From contig OZ244110.1 in the NCBI GenBank assembly GCA_965215665.1, forward strand, positions 1,627,062-1,691,061: a DNA stretch of 64,000 nucleotides, written 5' to 3'. Below the pieces are notes generated by a model, which saw only the letters and a list, made by a program, of their open reading frames with translations, was not told the origin of the DNA and did no database searches. Below are positions 31,808 to 41,389 of this stretch, piece after piece. A program made the translations under genes and the position numbers. The DNA is from an uncultured Methylophaga sp. Lineage in GTDB: Bacteria > Pseudomonadota > Gammaproteobacteria > Nitrosococcales > Methylophagaceae. The number at the start of each line of letters is the position of its first letter. The first letter of the stretch is position 1.

Positions 31808-32740
31808 TTATTCCCACTCCAGTTCTACAAACGCAGCGGTAACATTTCGACGATGATATTCTTCAAAAAGTTTCCAATTTTCAGCTTCTTGCCTGCCTAC
31901 CGATTCAATGGCTTGTTCAATGGTTCCAAGATCGTTAATGATGACTCTGATTTCTTCACGTACAGTTATCAGATAGCGCAGTAAATCCTGCCAGCCCTTT
32001 GATTGTTCGCCACTAAAAGCCGATCCGTGCCCTGGAATAATCATTGCTGCATCGCGATCAACCAAGGTTTCAAGCGCATCAATCCAGCCATTAATACTGC
32101 CGTCCAATGCCGGTACACGTTCAACAAATAATAAATCACCGGTCCATAATGTACTGGTTTTCTCATCATAAACGGTTAAATCATGATCGGTATGGGCTGT
32201 GGTAAAAGCGGTTAACGTCAGCAGCCGGTTACCAAGATCCAATTGTAATGGCGAGTCAACCGCAACCAATGTCTCCGCTTCGATAAACTCAGTGCCTTCA
32301 TATGCGTCGCCCAAAATCTCAGAAAACTGTCTGGCAAAATGTTGTTTACGACTGGCCATGGCCGCCGGTAATTTTTCATGGCCAATAAATTCCGGCTCAT
32401 CCATTTTAAATGCGGCGTTTCCCAACACATGATCGGGGTGAACATGGGTATTGATGACATAACAGATAGGCAAATCACTATGCTGACGGATGGCTTTACG
32501 TAATAACTTACCTTCTTGAAAACTGCCGCCGCTATCAATGACAGCAATGCATTGCTCACCAATGATAAAACCAACATTGGCAATGGCTCCCAGATTCTCA
32601 GCATCAGCTTCTTCGTGGCTGCCCTGGTGGTAAAAAATACCTTCAGCAACCTGCTGCACCGAATAGCTGTCTGGCTGACTACTGCTCGCAAAGGCCAAAG
32701 ATGAAACCACAATAGATAGAAAGGAAATCAATATACGCAT
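31808..32740 (-). CDS. Quinoprotein relay system zinc metallohydrolase (MBL fold, exported)
   Basis: Signal peptide, ANVGFIIG, VIDSGGS, THVHPDHVLGN (HxHxDH), AHTDHD, GDLLF, PGHG, HRRNVTAAFVELEWE. Confidence 0.88.
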   Translation of the reverse strand: MRILISFLSIVVSSLAFASSSQPDSYSVQQVAEGIFYHQGSHEEADAENLGAIANVGFIIGEQCIAVIDSGGSFQEGKLLRKAIRQHSDLPICYVINTHVHPDHVLGNAAFKMDEPEFIGHEKLPAAMASRKQHFARQFSEILGDAYEGTEFIEAETLVAVDSPLQLDLGNRLLTLTAFTTAHTDHDLTVYDEKTSTLWTGDLLFVERVPALDGSINGWIDALETLVDRDAAMIIPGHGSAFSGEQSKGWQDLLRYLITVREEIRVIINDLGTIEQAIESVGRQEAENWKLFEEYHRRNVTAAFVELEWE

Positions 32741-32831
32741 GTTGATGACTCACTAATTGTCAGCGTCTGAACTGTTACAATAACGCACTTTATTGCAATA
32801 CATCCACATAGCTAGCAGAGAAATTTTGATT

Positions 32832-34235
32832 ATGACAATTCGCACGCGTTTTGCACCCAGCCCAACAGGATATCTACATGTAGGCGGTGCCCGTACCGCT
32901 CTTTTTTCATGGCTGTATGCCAGAAAACATGGCGGTCGCTTCATATTAAGGATAGAAGACACAGATATCGAACGCTCATCAGCTGAATCAGTGAATGCCA
33001 TTCTCGAAGGCATGACATGGATGGGGTTGGATTATGACGAAGGCCCGTTTTATCAAACACAACGTTTCGATCGTTACAAGGAAATCATCCAGCAGCTAAT
33101 GGATCAGGGCGATGCGTATTACTGTTATTGCAGTAAAGACGAGCTGGAAGCAATGCGTGAAGAGCAACGTGCCAATAAGCAAAAACCACGATATGACGGA
33201 CGCTGCCGTCACCTTTCAACTCCCCGCGAAGGTGTTGAACCGGTCATCCGCTTTAAAAACCCTACCGTGGGCCAGGTGGTGGTTGAAGATGCAATCCGTG
33301 GCAATGTGGTTTTTGAGAATAGTGAACTGGATGACTTGGTTATCGCTCGTCCAGACGGCACACCTACCTATAACTTAACGGTAGTAGTGGATGATCTGGA
33401 TATGCAAATGACCCACGTTATCCGTGGTGATGATCATTTGAATAACTCTCCGCGACAGATAAATATCTTTAAAGCACTAGGCGCTAAACCACCCGTTTTT
33501 GGCCATGTCCCGATGATTTTAGGTGATGATGGCGCTCGTCTTTCGAAAAGACATGGAGCGGTCAGTGTGATGAGTTATCGTGATGCGGGATATCTTCCCG
33601 AGGCATTGCTGAATTATCTGGTCAGGCTAGGTTGGTCACACGGTGATCAGGAAATTTTTTCCCTTGCCGAGATGACACAGTTATTCGATATCCAGGATGT
33701 GAACAAGGCTGCATCCAGCTTTAATACCGATAAATTAATCTGGCTTAATCAGCATTACATTAAAACCAGTTCCCCGGAACACGTTGCTCAGCATTTGAGC
33801 TGGCATATGGGGGAGCTGGGAATCGACCCTGCTGATGGTCCTGCATTGGTAGATATTGTTGTGTTGTTACAGGAGCGGGCCAAAACACTTAAAGAGATGG
33901 CTGAATCGAGTGTGTACTTCTACCGGGACGTCGAAACGTATGATGAAAAGGCTGCACAGAAAAATCTGACTGAAACCAGCTTGCCACTTTTAGAAGCCGT
34001 ATTGGCAGAGTTGACTGAGCTCAATGATTGGCTGGCTGAACCTATTCATTCAGTCATCAAGAGTTGTGCAGAAAAACATGAGGTTGGCATGGGTAAAGTG
34101 GCACAGCCAATACGTGTTGCGATAACAGGAAATACGGTTTCTCCTTCTTTAGATGCTACCTTAGAGCTTTACGGTCGAGAGCGCGCACTCACTGCTATTC
34201 AACGTGCAATTAACTGGATCAAAGATCATGCCTGA
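32832..34235 (+). CDS. gltX: Glutamate-tRNA ligase
   Basis: [39 protein letters not shown]; start placed at ATG 32832. Confidence 0.98.
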   Translation: MTIRTRFAPSPTGYLHVGGARTALFSWLYARKHGGRFILRIEDTDIERSSAESVNAILEGMTWMGLDYDEGPFYQTQRFDRYKEIIQQLMDQGDAYYCYCSKDELEAMREEQRANKQKPRYDGRCRHLSTPREGVEPVIRFKNPTVGQVVVEDAIRGNVVFENSELDDLVIARPDGTPTYNLTVVVDDLDMQMTHVIRGDDHLNNSPRQINIFKALGAKPPVFGHVPMILGDDGARLSKRHGAVSVMSYRDAGYLPEALLNYLVRLGWSHGDQEIFSLAEMTQLFDIQDVNKAASSFNTDKLIWLNQHYIKTSSPEHVAQHLSWHMGELGIDPADGPALVDIVVLLQERAKTLKEMAESSVYFYRDVETYDEKAAQKNLTETSLPLLEAVLAELTELNDWLAEPIHSVIKSCAEKHEVGMGKVAQPIRVAITGNTVSPSLDATLELYGRERALTAIQRAINWIKDHA

Positions 34236-34340
34236 TTTTTAGCTGAAAAATAAAGTTGTTAATTTTCAATAGCTTATTATATCGGGAAATTATTCCCGAA
34301 AATAAGCTGGAAAAACTCACAAAAAAGTTATGTAAAGTTC

Positions 34341-34375
34341 TTGACGAACCCGGGAAGTCGGATTATGGTTCGTCA
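34341..34375 (+). promoter_or_regulatory. Sigma70-like xoxF promoter overlapped by a 9-bp inverted repeat
   Basis: TTGACG-N17-TATGGT; TGACGAACC (34342-34350) and GGTTCGTCA (34367-34375) are a perfect inverted repeat. Confidence 0.6.
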
Positions 34376-34440
34376 TACGCATGAGGTTCATCCGAACAAA
34401 TCGTGACGTACAAAACTAAAAAGCAATAGAGGACAACTTT

Positions 34441-36219
34441 ATGAAGCTGAAAACATTATCAATTGCAATGATGGGGTTAGCCGCGCCAGGTCTGGTGGCT
34501 GCAGATGAACTCCTTGAAATGCAAAAAAATGACAATAACTGGGTTATGCCTGCTGGTGACTACGCTAATACGCGTTACAGCGAACTGACTCAAATCACTA
34601 AAGACAACGTCAAAGATTTGAACATGGCTTGGTCTTTCTCAACCGGTGTTTTACGTGGCCACGAAGGTAATGCTTTGGTCATGGACGGCACCATGTACGT
34701 TCATACAGCGTTTCCAAACATCGTTTTCGCACTGGATTTGAACAACGATGGCGCCATCAAATGGAAATATGAGCCAAAACAAAACTACGATGAAACTGTA
34801 CCAGTCATGTGCTGTGATACCGTTAATCGTGGTCTGTCTTATGGCGATGGCAAAATCTTCCTGAACCAAGCTGACACAACTCTGGTTGCGTTGGATATGG
34901 AAACAGGTGAAGTTGTTTGGTCTGACAAACGTGACGATCCAAAAGTAGGTGCAACCAGCACCGCTGCTGCCCACGTTTTTGACGACAAAATCATCGTCGG
35001 TATTTCAGGTGGTGAATTTGGTGTTCGTGGTTATGTTCAAGCATATGACTTAGACGGTAACGTGCAGTACAAAGCGTACAGCACCGGTCCTGACGATGAA
35101 ATGCTGATTGATCCAGAAAAAACCATGTCTATGCTGAAACCAGTTGGCAAGGATTCTTCACTGAAATCTTGGCAGGGCGACCAGTGGAAAATCGGTGGTG
35201 GTACTACCTGGGGTTGGTATTCTTACGATCCTGACTTGAACCAGTTCTATTATGGTTCAGGTAATCCATCTACCTGGAACCCAGTACAACGTCCTGGTGA
35301 CAACAAATGGTCAATGTCTTTGTTTGGTCGTGATTTAGACACGGGTATGGCGAAATGGGTTTACCAAATGACGCCTTACGATGAGTGGGATTATGACGGC
35401 GTTAACGAAAACATCCTGGTCGATCAGAAAATCAAAGGCAAAATGCGTAAAATGTTAGTGCATTTTGACCGTAACGGTTTTGGTTACACCATGGATCGTG
35501 AAACAGGTGAATTGCTGGTTGCTGAAAAATTTGACCCAGCAGTTAACTGGTCAAACGGCGTTAACCTGAAAACCGGTCTGCATGATCGTGTAGCGAAATA
35601 TTCAACTGCACGTAACGGTGAAGACGTAAACACCACTGGTATCTGCCCAGCAGCATTGGGTACAAAAGATCAACAGCCAGCGGCGTTCTCACCACGTACC
35701 GGTCTGTTCTATGTACCAACCAACCATGTTTGCATGGACTACGAACCATTCGAAGTTGAATACGTAGCCGGTCAACCATACGTTGGTGCGACATTGAGCA
35801 TGTACCCACCAGAAGGTGATACACACTTGGGTAACTTCATTGCCTGGGATGCTCGTGAAGGTAAAATCGTCTGGTCGAACCCAGAGCGCTTCTCAGTCTG
35901 GTCAGGTGCTTTGGCAACTGCCTCTGATGTAGTGTTCTACGGAACGCTGGAAGGTTACCTGAAAGCAGTTGATGCCCAATCAGGTCGTGAACTGTGGAGA
36001 TTTAAAACTCCATCAGGCATTATCGGTAACGTTAATACCTACAAACACAACAACAAACAGTATATTTCTATCCTGTCTGGTGTAGGTGGTTGGGCTGGTA
36101 TCGGTATGGCTATTCCAAGTTTGGAAAATGACACAGATGGTCTGGGCGCAGTTGGTGCATATCGTGCACTGTCTAGCTGGACTAACCTGGGTGGTGTTCT
36201 GAGCGTATTTAGCCTGTAA
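34441..36219 (+). CDS. xoxF: Lanthanide-dependent PQQ methanol dehydrogenase
   Basis: Signal peptide, [10 protein letters not shown] vicinal cysteines, [18 protein letters not shown] with the extra lanthanide-ligating Asp (MxaF has DYAG); no mxaI nearby. Confidence 0.96.
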   Translation: MKLKTLSIAMMGLAAPGLVAADELLEMQKNDNNWVMPAGDYANTRYSELTQITKDNVKDLNMAWSFSTGVLRGHEGNALVMDGTMYVHTAFPNIVFALDLNNDGAIKWKYEPKQNYDETVPVMCCDTVNRGLSYGDGKIFLNQADTTLVALDMETGEVVWSDKRDDPKVGATSTAAAHVFDDKIIVGISGGEFGVRGYVQAYDLDGNVQYKAYSTGPDDEMLIDPEKTMSMLKPVGKDSSLKSWQGDQWKIGGGTTWGWYSYDPDLNQFYYGSGNPSTWNPVQRPGDNKWSMSLFGRDLDTGMAKWVYQMTPYDEWDYDGVNENILVDQKIKGKMRKMLVHFDRNGFGYTMDRETGELLVAEKFDPAVNWSNGVNLKTGLHDRVAKYSTARNGEDVNTTGICPAALGTKDQQPAAFSPRTGLFYVPTNHVCMDYEPFEVEYVAGQPYVGATLSMYPPEGDTHLGNFIAWDAREGKIVWSNPERFSVWSGALATASDVVFYGTLEGYLKAVDAQSGRELWRFKTPSGIIGNVNTYKHNNKQYISILSGVGGWAGIGMAIPSLENDTDGLGAVGAYRALSSWTNLGGVLSVFSL

Positions 36220-36257
36220 GACCATTAAGTATTGTAAAATATACTTAAGTTAAAATT

Positions 36258-36296
36258 AAAAACCCGGTATCTTTTATAGATGCCGGGTTTTTTTTT
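36258..36296 (+). terminator. Intrinsic terminator after xoxF
   Basis: AAAACCCGGTATCT-TTTAT-AGATGCCGGGTTTTTTTTT. Confidence 0.85.
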
Positions 36297-36354
36297 GAAC
36301 AAAAACGGCATAGGAAATGTCATATATATTCCCAAAAGAAATAAGGAAGAGAGA

Positions 36355-37230
36355 ATGATCAAACTACAAAAATGGGCAATCCTGGCGTCTGCTCTACTGG
36401 GTGCCTCGTTTGCAGTTAATGCGGAAGAACTGAAGCCAATTCCGGGACAAGAAGTATTAAGGGTCTGTGCGGATCCTAATAATATGCCGTATTCCAATAA
36501 AAACAAGGAAGGTTTTGATAATAAAATTGCTGAATTATTAGGTGAAAAATTAGGCATTCCGGTTGAATACTACTGGTTCCCTCAACGTATTGGGTTTTCG
36601 CGTAATACTATAAAAAAAGAACATCCTGAACGCGGTGGCTATATGTGTGATTTGGCAATGAGCGTTCCTGAGCACACCGATTTTCTGCTGCCGACCAAAC
36701 CCTATTTCAGTTCTATTGAATCGATTGCCTATCGAAGTGGGGAAGGTTATGAAATCAAAAAGCTTTCAGATTTAAAAGAAGTCAATGAAAAACATGGACC
36801 ATTAAAAATTGGTTTGTTTGATCGCGCCATTTCCACCAAAGCTCTCCTTGATATGGGGCTTGGAGATAATATTGTTTATTATCAATTGATGAGTGGCGAT
36901 GTAAATGCGAGCCCAGGTAGAGCGATTGAAGATTTAGCTGCTGGAAAAATTGACGTGATCCCAATGTGGGGACCGGTAGCCGGTTACCACGCCAAAGTTG
37001 CTGATGTACCAATAACCGTTAATCCATTAAATGAATTGGGTCAGCTTCATGTATTCAGTTTTAGTATGGCAACTCGCTATTCAAATAGAGATTGGAATAA
37101 ATTACTGAACAAATTTATAGATCAGAATAAAGCTGAGATAGATGCCATTATTGCTGAATACAATTTACCCTCATTGGAAAATGTCAGTCCTACACCTGCG
37201 AAAAAACCGCGTAAAGATGATGACGATTAA
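36355..37230 (+). CDS. xoxJ: XoxJ/MxaJ-like periplasmic binding protein
   Basis: Signal peptide, LRVCADPNNMPYSN, GFDNKIAEL, MWGPVAGY, acidic DDDD tail; start placed at ATG 36355. Confidence 0.88.
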   Translation: MIKLQKWAILASALLGASFAVNAEELKPIPGQEVLRVCADPNNMPYSNKNKEGFDNKIAELLGEKLGIPVEYYWFPQRIGFSRNTIKKEHPERGGYMCDLAMSVPEHTDFLLPTKPYFSSIESIAYRSGEGYEIKKLSDLKEVNEKHGPLKIGLFDRAISTKALLDMGLGDNIVYYQLMSGDVNASPGRAIEDLAAGKIDVIPMWGPVAGYHAKVADVPITVNPLNELGQLHVFSFSMATRYSNRDWNKLLNKFIDQNKAEIDAIIAEYNLPSLENVSPTPAKKPRKDDDD

Positions 37231-37260
37231 TACAATGTTTGGCTAAACCAACATCTGAAA

Positions 37261-37298
37261 AATGGAGGCTACAAAATAGTAGCCTCCATTATTTTTTT
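37261..37298 (+). terminator. Terminator after xoxJ, overlapping the 3' end of the convergent gene
   Basis: AATGGAGGCTAC-AAAATA-GTAGCCTCCATT followed by T run. Confidence 0.75.
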
Positions 37299-37730
37299 CA
37301 GATCATCATTAATTCGGGCAGCAAAACGTGCCTGATCTTTATCCGATACGTTTTCATCCATTAATCTGGTGCCAATAACCACACCATTGTTGCTTTCCCT
37401 GACAGTAATGATGCAGGGCATATCATTGATAAGTTGTTCATTAATCAACATCATTTCTTTTGCATGGGTGATATTGCAAAAGCTGATGACAGTTGATAAA
37501 GGGAAGCTTTTATCTCCACGTTCACGGATCGCCGAACCGATTTCGCTTTTATGAATTATCCTGTAGTTATGCTCGGAGATGGCTATATCCAGATTTACCA
37601 GTGTGTCTTGGTAATTATACGGGCTGTTTTTTTCAAGTATTCGATTAGTGTTTGCCGACTGACATGCGATAATAATCAATACGCTTGAAATCACAATTGC
37701 AGGAATCTTTAGGCGTTCAAGTAGAGTCAT
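37269..37730 (-). CDS. DUF302-family probable lipoprotein
   Basis: Hydrophobic leader ending IIIAC (lipobox-like); SPYNYQDTL..LDIAISEHNYRI, FCNITHA, MPCIITV typical of DUF302; start placed at ATG 37730. Confidence 0.72.
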   Translation of the reverse strand: MTLLERLKIPAIVISSVLIIIACQSANTNRILEKNSPYNYQDTLVNLDIAISEHNYRIIHKSEIGSAIRERGDKSFPLSTVISFCNITHAKEMMLINEQLINDMPCIITVRESNNGVVIGTRLMDENVSDKDQARFAARINDDLKKIMEATIL

Positions 37731-37805
37731 AAGCAAATAAAAATAATAAATTGAAATATAAGAATTTAAGCATAACACCTATAAAAATTCATGAGGTAAC
37801 AAACA

Positions 37806-38489
37806 GTGAAGACAAACCAATACATCGTTTTTTTGTTCGGATTAATATTGCTGTTAAGTGGCAAAGCGTTTGCAGCTCCGGGCATGTCAGAAATTAATAA
37901 TGAGTTATTTGATAAAGCGCATTTAAAAAATATTGACCAGCCGGGCGTGCTGAAATATAAATTTTCCAAAACCAGTTTTGTTGATGGCGATCGTCAGGAC
38001 ACGATTGATGTGATGGTCAAAAATATTCGTAATACCGGGCGTGCAGATACTTATTTTGAGTTTTTTTCCGGTGAAAACAAACGACCATATCAGGAACGTC
38101 TGGATCAGCGTGGCAATAGTGTATTCGTTTTATTTCTGGAGTATGACGTACATGAAATGAAACGTTTGACCGGAGGTGAATGGCGTTATTTTCAACGCTT
38201 ACTGCGTTGGTCATTTGCTGAGGGAGCCGACAAAAAACAAGTCGAAGTGGATTACAACGGTGAGAAGGTAAAGGCATGGCAATATACTGTACAGCCTTAC
38301 GTCAACGATCCGAAAAATGATCGTTATAAATTGTATTCTTCCAAATACTATATTTTCACAATGTCTGAAGAAATTCCTGGTGAAATTTATCAGGTTAAAA
38401 CAGTGGTTCCAGACGGCAAAAACTGGAAAGAAGGTGATCCGGTGCTGGTTGAGGAAAAAGTCACATTTAGCGGTTTCGAGCCACAATAA
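37806..38489 (+). CDS. Exported protein of unknown function
   Basis: GAGGT Shine-Dalgarno, GTG start, signal peptide ending AFA; GNSVFVLFLEYDVHEMKRLTGG.WRYF core; own terminator. Confidence 0.8.
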   Translation: MKTNQYIVFLFGLILLLSGKAFAAPGMSEINNELFDKAHLKNIDQPGVLKYKFSKTSFVDGDRQDTIDVMVKNIRNTGRADTYFEFFSGENKRPYQERLDQRGNSVFVLFLEYDVHEMKRLTGGEWRYFQRLLRWSFAEGADKKQVEVDYNGEKVKAWQYTVQPYVNDPKNDRYKLYSSKYYIFTMSEEIPGEIYQVKTVVPDGKNWKEGDPVLVEEKVTFSGFEPQ

Positions 38490-38511
38490 CTTATATTTGA
38501 AAATTTTATGA

Positions 38512-38534
38512 AACGGGCCTTCGCGCCCGTTTTT
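38512..38534 (+). terminator. Terminator before the sensor kinase
   Basis: AAACGGGC-CTTCGC-GCCCGTTTTT. Confidence 0.7.
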
Positions 38535-38536
38535 AA

Positions 38537-39997
38537 ATGAAAAGACTTTTAAAAAAACTCCAGTCCATTCAAGGTGCCTTAAGGTTCCACGAGCTCAGCT
38601 TTGTGGTGTTAATTATCATGACAGCCTTGATGAGTTTCAACTGGGCACTTGCCTGGCAGAAAAGTTCAGAAGAGTCTCTGCGTTTAAGTTCAATCAATAC
38701 GCATGTACAGCACTTACGTGGTGATCTTTATCGCCAGCTAAAAGAAGTCTTTGATGTTGTTTTTCTGAATGACGAGCTTGCAGCAGAACAATATTATCAA
38801 TTTGTTGATCAGATTAATTCTTATCTGGCTCGGTTAAAAGTGCTTTCGAGTTCACCAGATGAAGAGCTTTTGATCGTCAGAATTGAATATGCCTACAACA
38901 AGTTTTACCAGGAAACCCGACGTTTTCTGGATAAAGATAAACTTAGCAATGATGACAAACTCTGGCTAGATGACCAGGTTGAACAGCAAACCTTTCGTCA
39001 ACTTGAAATGGTTTTCAGCGAAATGGAGCAATATCTTCAGCAGCAACAGCAGCAGTTAACTGATTCTGATGAACGTATGTTTGGCAAAATGCTCCTCAGC
39101 GAAGCATTGCCAATTCTGTTGGCATTAATCCTACTCACTATCTCCAAATGGTTTGTCCGTCGAAATATGCTGGCGCCGCTACGTAATGTTACCCAGGGTG
39201 CCAAGGTAATCAGTACCGGAGATTTTAATCATCATATTCCCTTAACAGGAGTCGACGAGCTGCAACGGCTTTCGCAGGCTATCAATAGCATGGCTGACGA
39301 ATTGTCCAGTAATCGTGACAAATTGATTGAAACCAAAAAACAAGCCGCTTTAGGCGAACTGGTGCCTTTGGTAGCTCATAATATCCGTAATCCTCTTGCG
39401 GGAATTCGCGCGGCTGCACAAGTTTCTATCGAAGAGGCGAATGAAGAAAGTCGTATCGTGCTGAAAGACATTATAATTGCTGTAGATCGACTGGAAAACT
39501 GGGTTACCTCGCTACTGATGTACTTGCATCCGTTAAAACCACACCTTGTTGAGGCAACACTAACTGAACTCACTGATAATGCTTTATCCCTGATAGCGCT
39601 GCAACTCAATGATAAAGGCATCGATGTAAACCGCCATGGCTGGCAGCAAGAGGCCAGACTGATTAATATGGATAATAATCTGATGGAGCAGGCTATTTTC
39701 AATTTGATTCAAAATGCAATTGAAGTGGCACCCATGAATTCAACAATTCATATTCACTACTGGGAAACCCCTCAAAAAATTGGATTGCACATTGAAGATC
39801 AAGGGCCTGGTTTTAGCGAAACGCCTCAACAAGAAACCAGTCAAATGCATAAAAAGCTGAATTGCGGACTGGGTATTCCTTTTGCTCAGAAAGTGATTAA
39901 ACAGCATCAGGGCGATTTGATTTTTGAAAATATTCCGGATGGTGGAGCAAGAGTCTCACTGACCTTGCAACTGGATAAAATGCTGAGTCGTCAATAG
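38537..39997 (+). CDS. HAMP-domain membrane sensor histidine kinase
   Basis: Two TM segments around a periplasmic domain, HAMP (DELQRLSQAINSMA), H-box VAHNIRNPLAGI, N-box NLIQNAIE, DQGPG, GLGIP. Confidence 0.92.
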   Translation: MKRLLKKLQSIQGALRFHELSFVVLIIMTALMSFNWALAWQKSSEESLRLSSINTHVQHLRGDLYRQLKEVFDVVFLNDELAAEQYYQFVDQINSYLARLKVLSSSPDEELLIVRIEYAYNKFYQETRRFLDKDKLSNDDKLWLDDQVEQQTFRQLEMVFSEMEQYLQQQQQQLTDSDERMFGKMLLSEALPILLALILLTISKWFVRRNMLAPLRNVTQGAKVISTGDFNHHIPLTGVDELQRLSQAINSMADELSSNRDKLIETKKQAALGELVPLVAHNIRNPLAGIRAAAQVSIEEANEESRIVLKDIIIAVDRLENWVTSLLMYLHPLKPHLVEATLTELTDNALSLIALQLNDKGIDVNRHGWQQEARLINMDNNLMEQAIFNLIQNAIEVAPMNSTIHIHYWETPQKIGLHIEDQGPGFSETPQQETSQMHKKLNCGLGIPFAQKVIKQHQGDLIFENIPDGGARVSLTLQLDKMLSRQ

Positions 39998-40005
39998 GAT
40001 GTTAC

Positions 40006-41388
40006 ATGCTTAATTTTGTATTAATTGAGGACGAAAACCTGTTCGCCAAATCGGTTAAACGACGACTGGAGCGGGAAGGTCATCAAGCCATAATTGCCGA
40101 TAACATCAGCGATGGAAAAAAACTGTTACGCCAGGAATCAATTGATGTTCTGCTATTGGATGTCAGGCTACCGGATGGCAATGGCCTGGATTTATTAGCT
40201 GAAATTCGTGCGCCAGGACATCCACTGCAGAACTTGCCTGTTGTGATGATGACAGCTTATGGAGAGCTGGAAGACGCCGTTAATGCAATGAAATTTGGTG
40301 CATCAGATTATCTCAAAAAACCGGTGGATTTGGATGAACTGATACTGACGATTGAGAAGGTGGTTCATAATCACGCTATCAGTCGTCAGTTACATTATTC
40401 TGAACAGCGTGAACAAAAGACTAATAAGCCAATTAATCTGATTGGTAGTAGTCAGGAAATCCTGTCAATTAGGCAGCAGGCAAAACAGCTCTCTGAGCTG
40501 ATGGATAAAAATAAGGATACAACCCCTGTCGTATTAATTACGGGTGAGACAGGCAGTGGCAAGGGTGTTCTAGCACGATATTTTCATCAAATAAGCCAGC
40601 GGCATAATCGACCTTTTGTTCTTGTAGATTGTGCTGCATTACCGGAAGCTTCAATCGAAGCTGAATTATTCGGTCAGTCGCCCAGCACCCTCGAAACCAA
40701 TTCTCCTGCTCGTCCCGGTTTGATTGAAGTCGCTGAGGATGGAACATTATTACTGGATGAAATTGCAGAATTATCATTATCAACGCAAACCAAATTGCTT
40801 AATGTTATAGAGCGTAGACAGCTTCGCAGGTTGGGAGCGACCAAAGAAATTCCGGTGAATTCTCATATTATTGCAACGACCAATCGGGATCTTCACCAAT
40901 TAGTTATGTCGGGTGAATTTCGTGCCGATTTGTATTTTCGGTTGAATGTTGTAGAGATTAAACTTCCACCTCTACGAATACGACAACAGGATATAGCTGA
41001 ACTGGCACAGTTTTTTATCGAACAATTTGCCAAGCGTTACGGTGTTGAACAACCAAGACTCGCTTATGATGCCATGCGTGAAATGCAACAATATGACTGG
41101 CCTGGTAACATCCGCGAACTGGAGAATGTTCTGGAGCGAGCAGTAATGCTCTGTAAACAAAGTGTCATCGAGTTTGATGACTTGTCATTGAGAGCTTTTG
41201 GCAGTGACAAACAAGACGAACATGGTGATGGTGGTTCCATGTTCGAAAAAATGACACTTGATCAGGTTGAAAAATATTTATTGGAAACGGCTTTGAACCG
41301 AAGTTCCGGTAATGTTTCCAGAGCGGCAAGACAACTTGGATTAACCCGTATGGCAATGCGTTATCGTATGGAGAAATACAAGCTGTAA
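40006..41388 (+). CDS. NtrC-family response regulator (REC-AAA+-Fis HTH) lacking GAFTGA
   Basis: LLLDVRLPDGNG receiver, GETGSGKG Walker A, LLLDEI Walker B, FRADLYFRLNV, WPGNIRELEN, C-terminal GNVSRAARQLG HTH. Confidence 0.92.
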   Translation: MLNFVLIEDENLFAKSVKRRLEREGHQAIIADNISDGKKLLRQESIDVLLLDVRLPDGNGLDLLAEIRAPGHPLQNLPVVMMTAYGELEDAVNAMKFGASDYLKKPVDLDELILTIEKVVHNHAISRQLHYSEQREQKTNKPINLIGSSQEILSIRQQAKQLSELMDKNKDTTPVVLITGETGSGKGVLARYFHQISQRHNRPFVLVDCAALPEASIEAELFGQSPSTLETNSPARPGLIEVAEDGTLLLDEIAELSLSTQTKLLNVIERRQLRRLGATKEIPVNSHIIATTNRDLHQLVMSGEFRADLYFRLNVVEIKLPPLRIRQQDIAELAQFFIEQFAKRYGVEQPRLAYDAMREMQQYDWPGNIRELENVLERAVMLCKQSVIEFDDLSLRAFGSDKQDEHGDGGSMFEKMTLDQVEKYLLETALNRSSGNVSRAARQLGLTRMAMRYRMEKYKL

Positions 41389-41389
41389 A

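Noticed and set aside
30990-32740. Sox thiosulfate oxidation pathway
   Set aside because: No soxA, soxX, soxB, soxC or soxD in the window; the fused carrier and MBL hydrolase fit the quinoprotein-associated type.
34236-34440. tRNA genes after gltX
   Set aside because: No cloverleaf, T-loop GTTC(G/A)A context or CCA end found; the spacer holds promoter-like elements.
34441-36219. Calcium-dependent mxaF
   Set aside because: DYDG motif carries the extra lanthanide-binding Asp and no mxa operon genes (mxaG, mxaI) follow.
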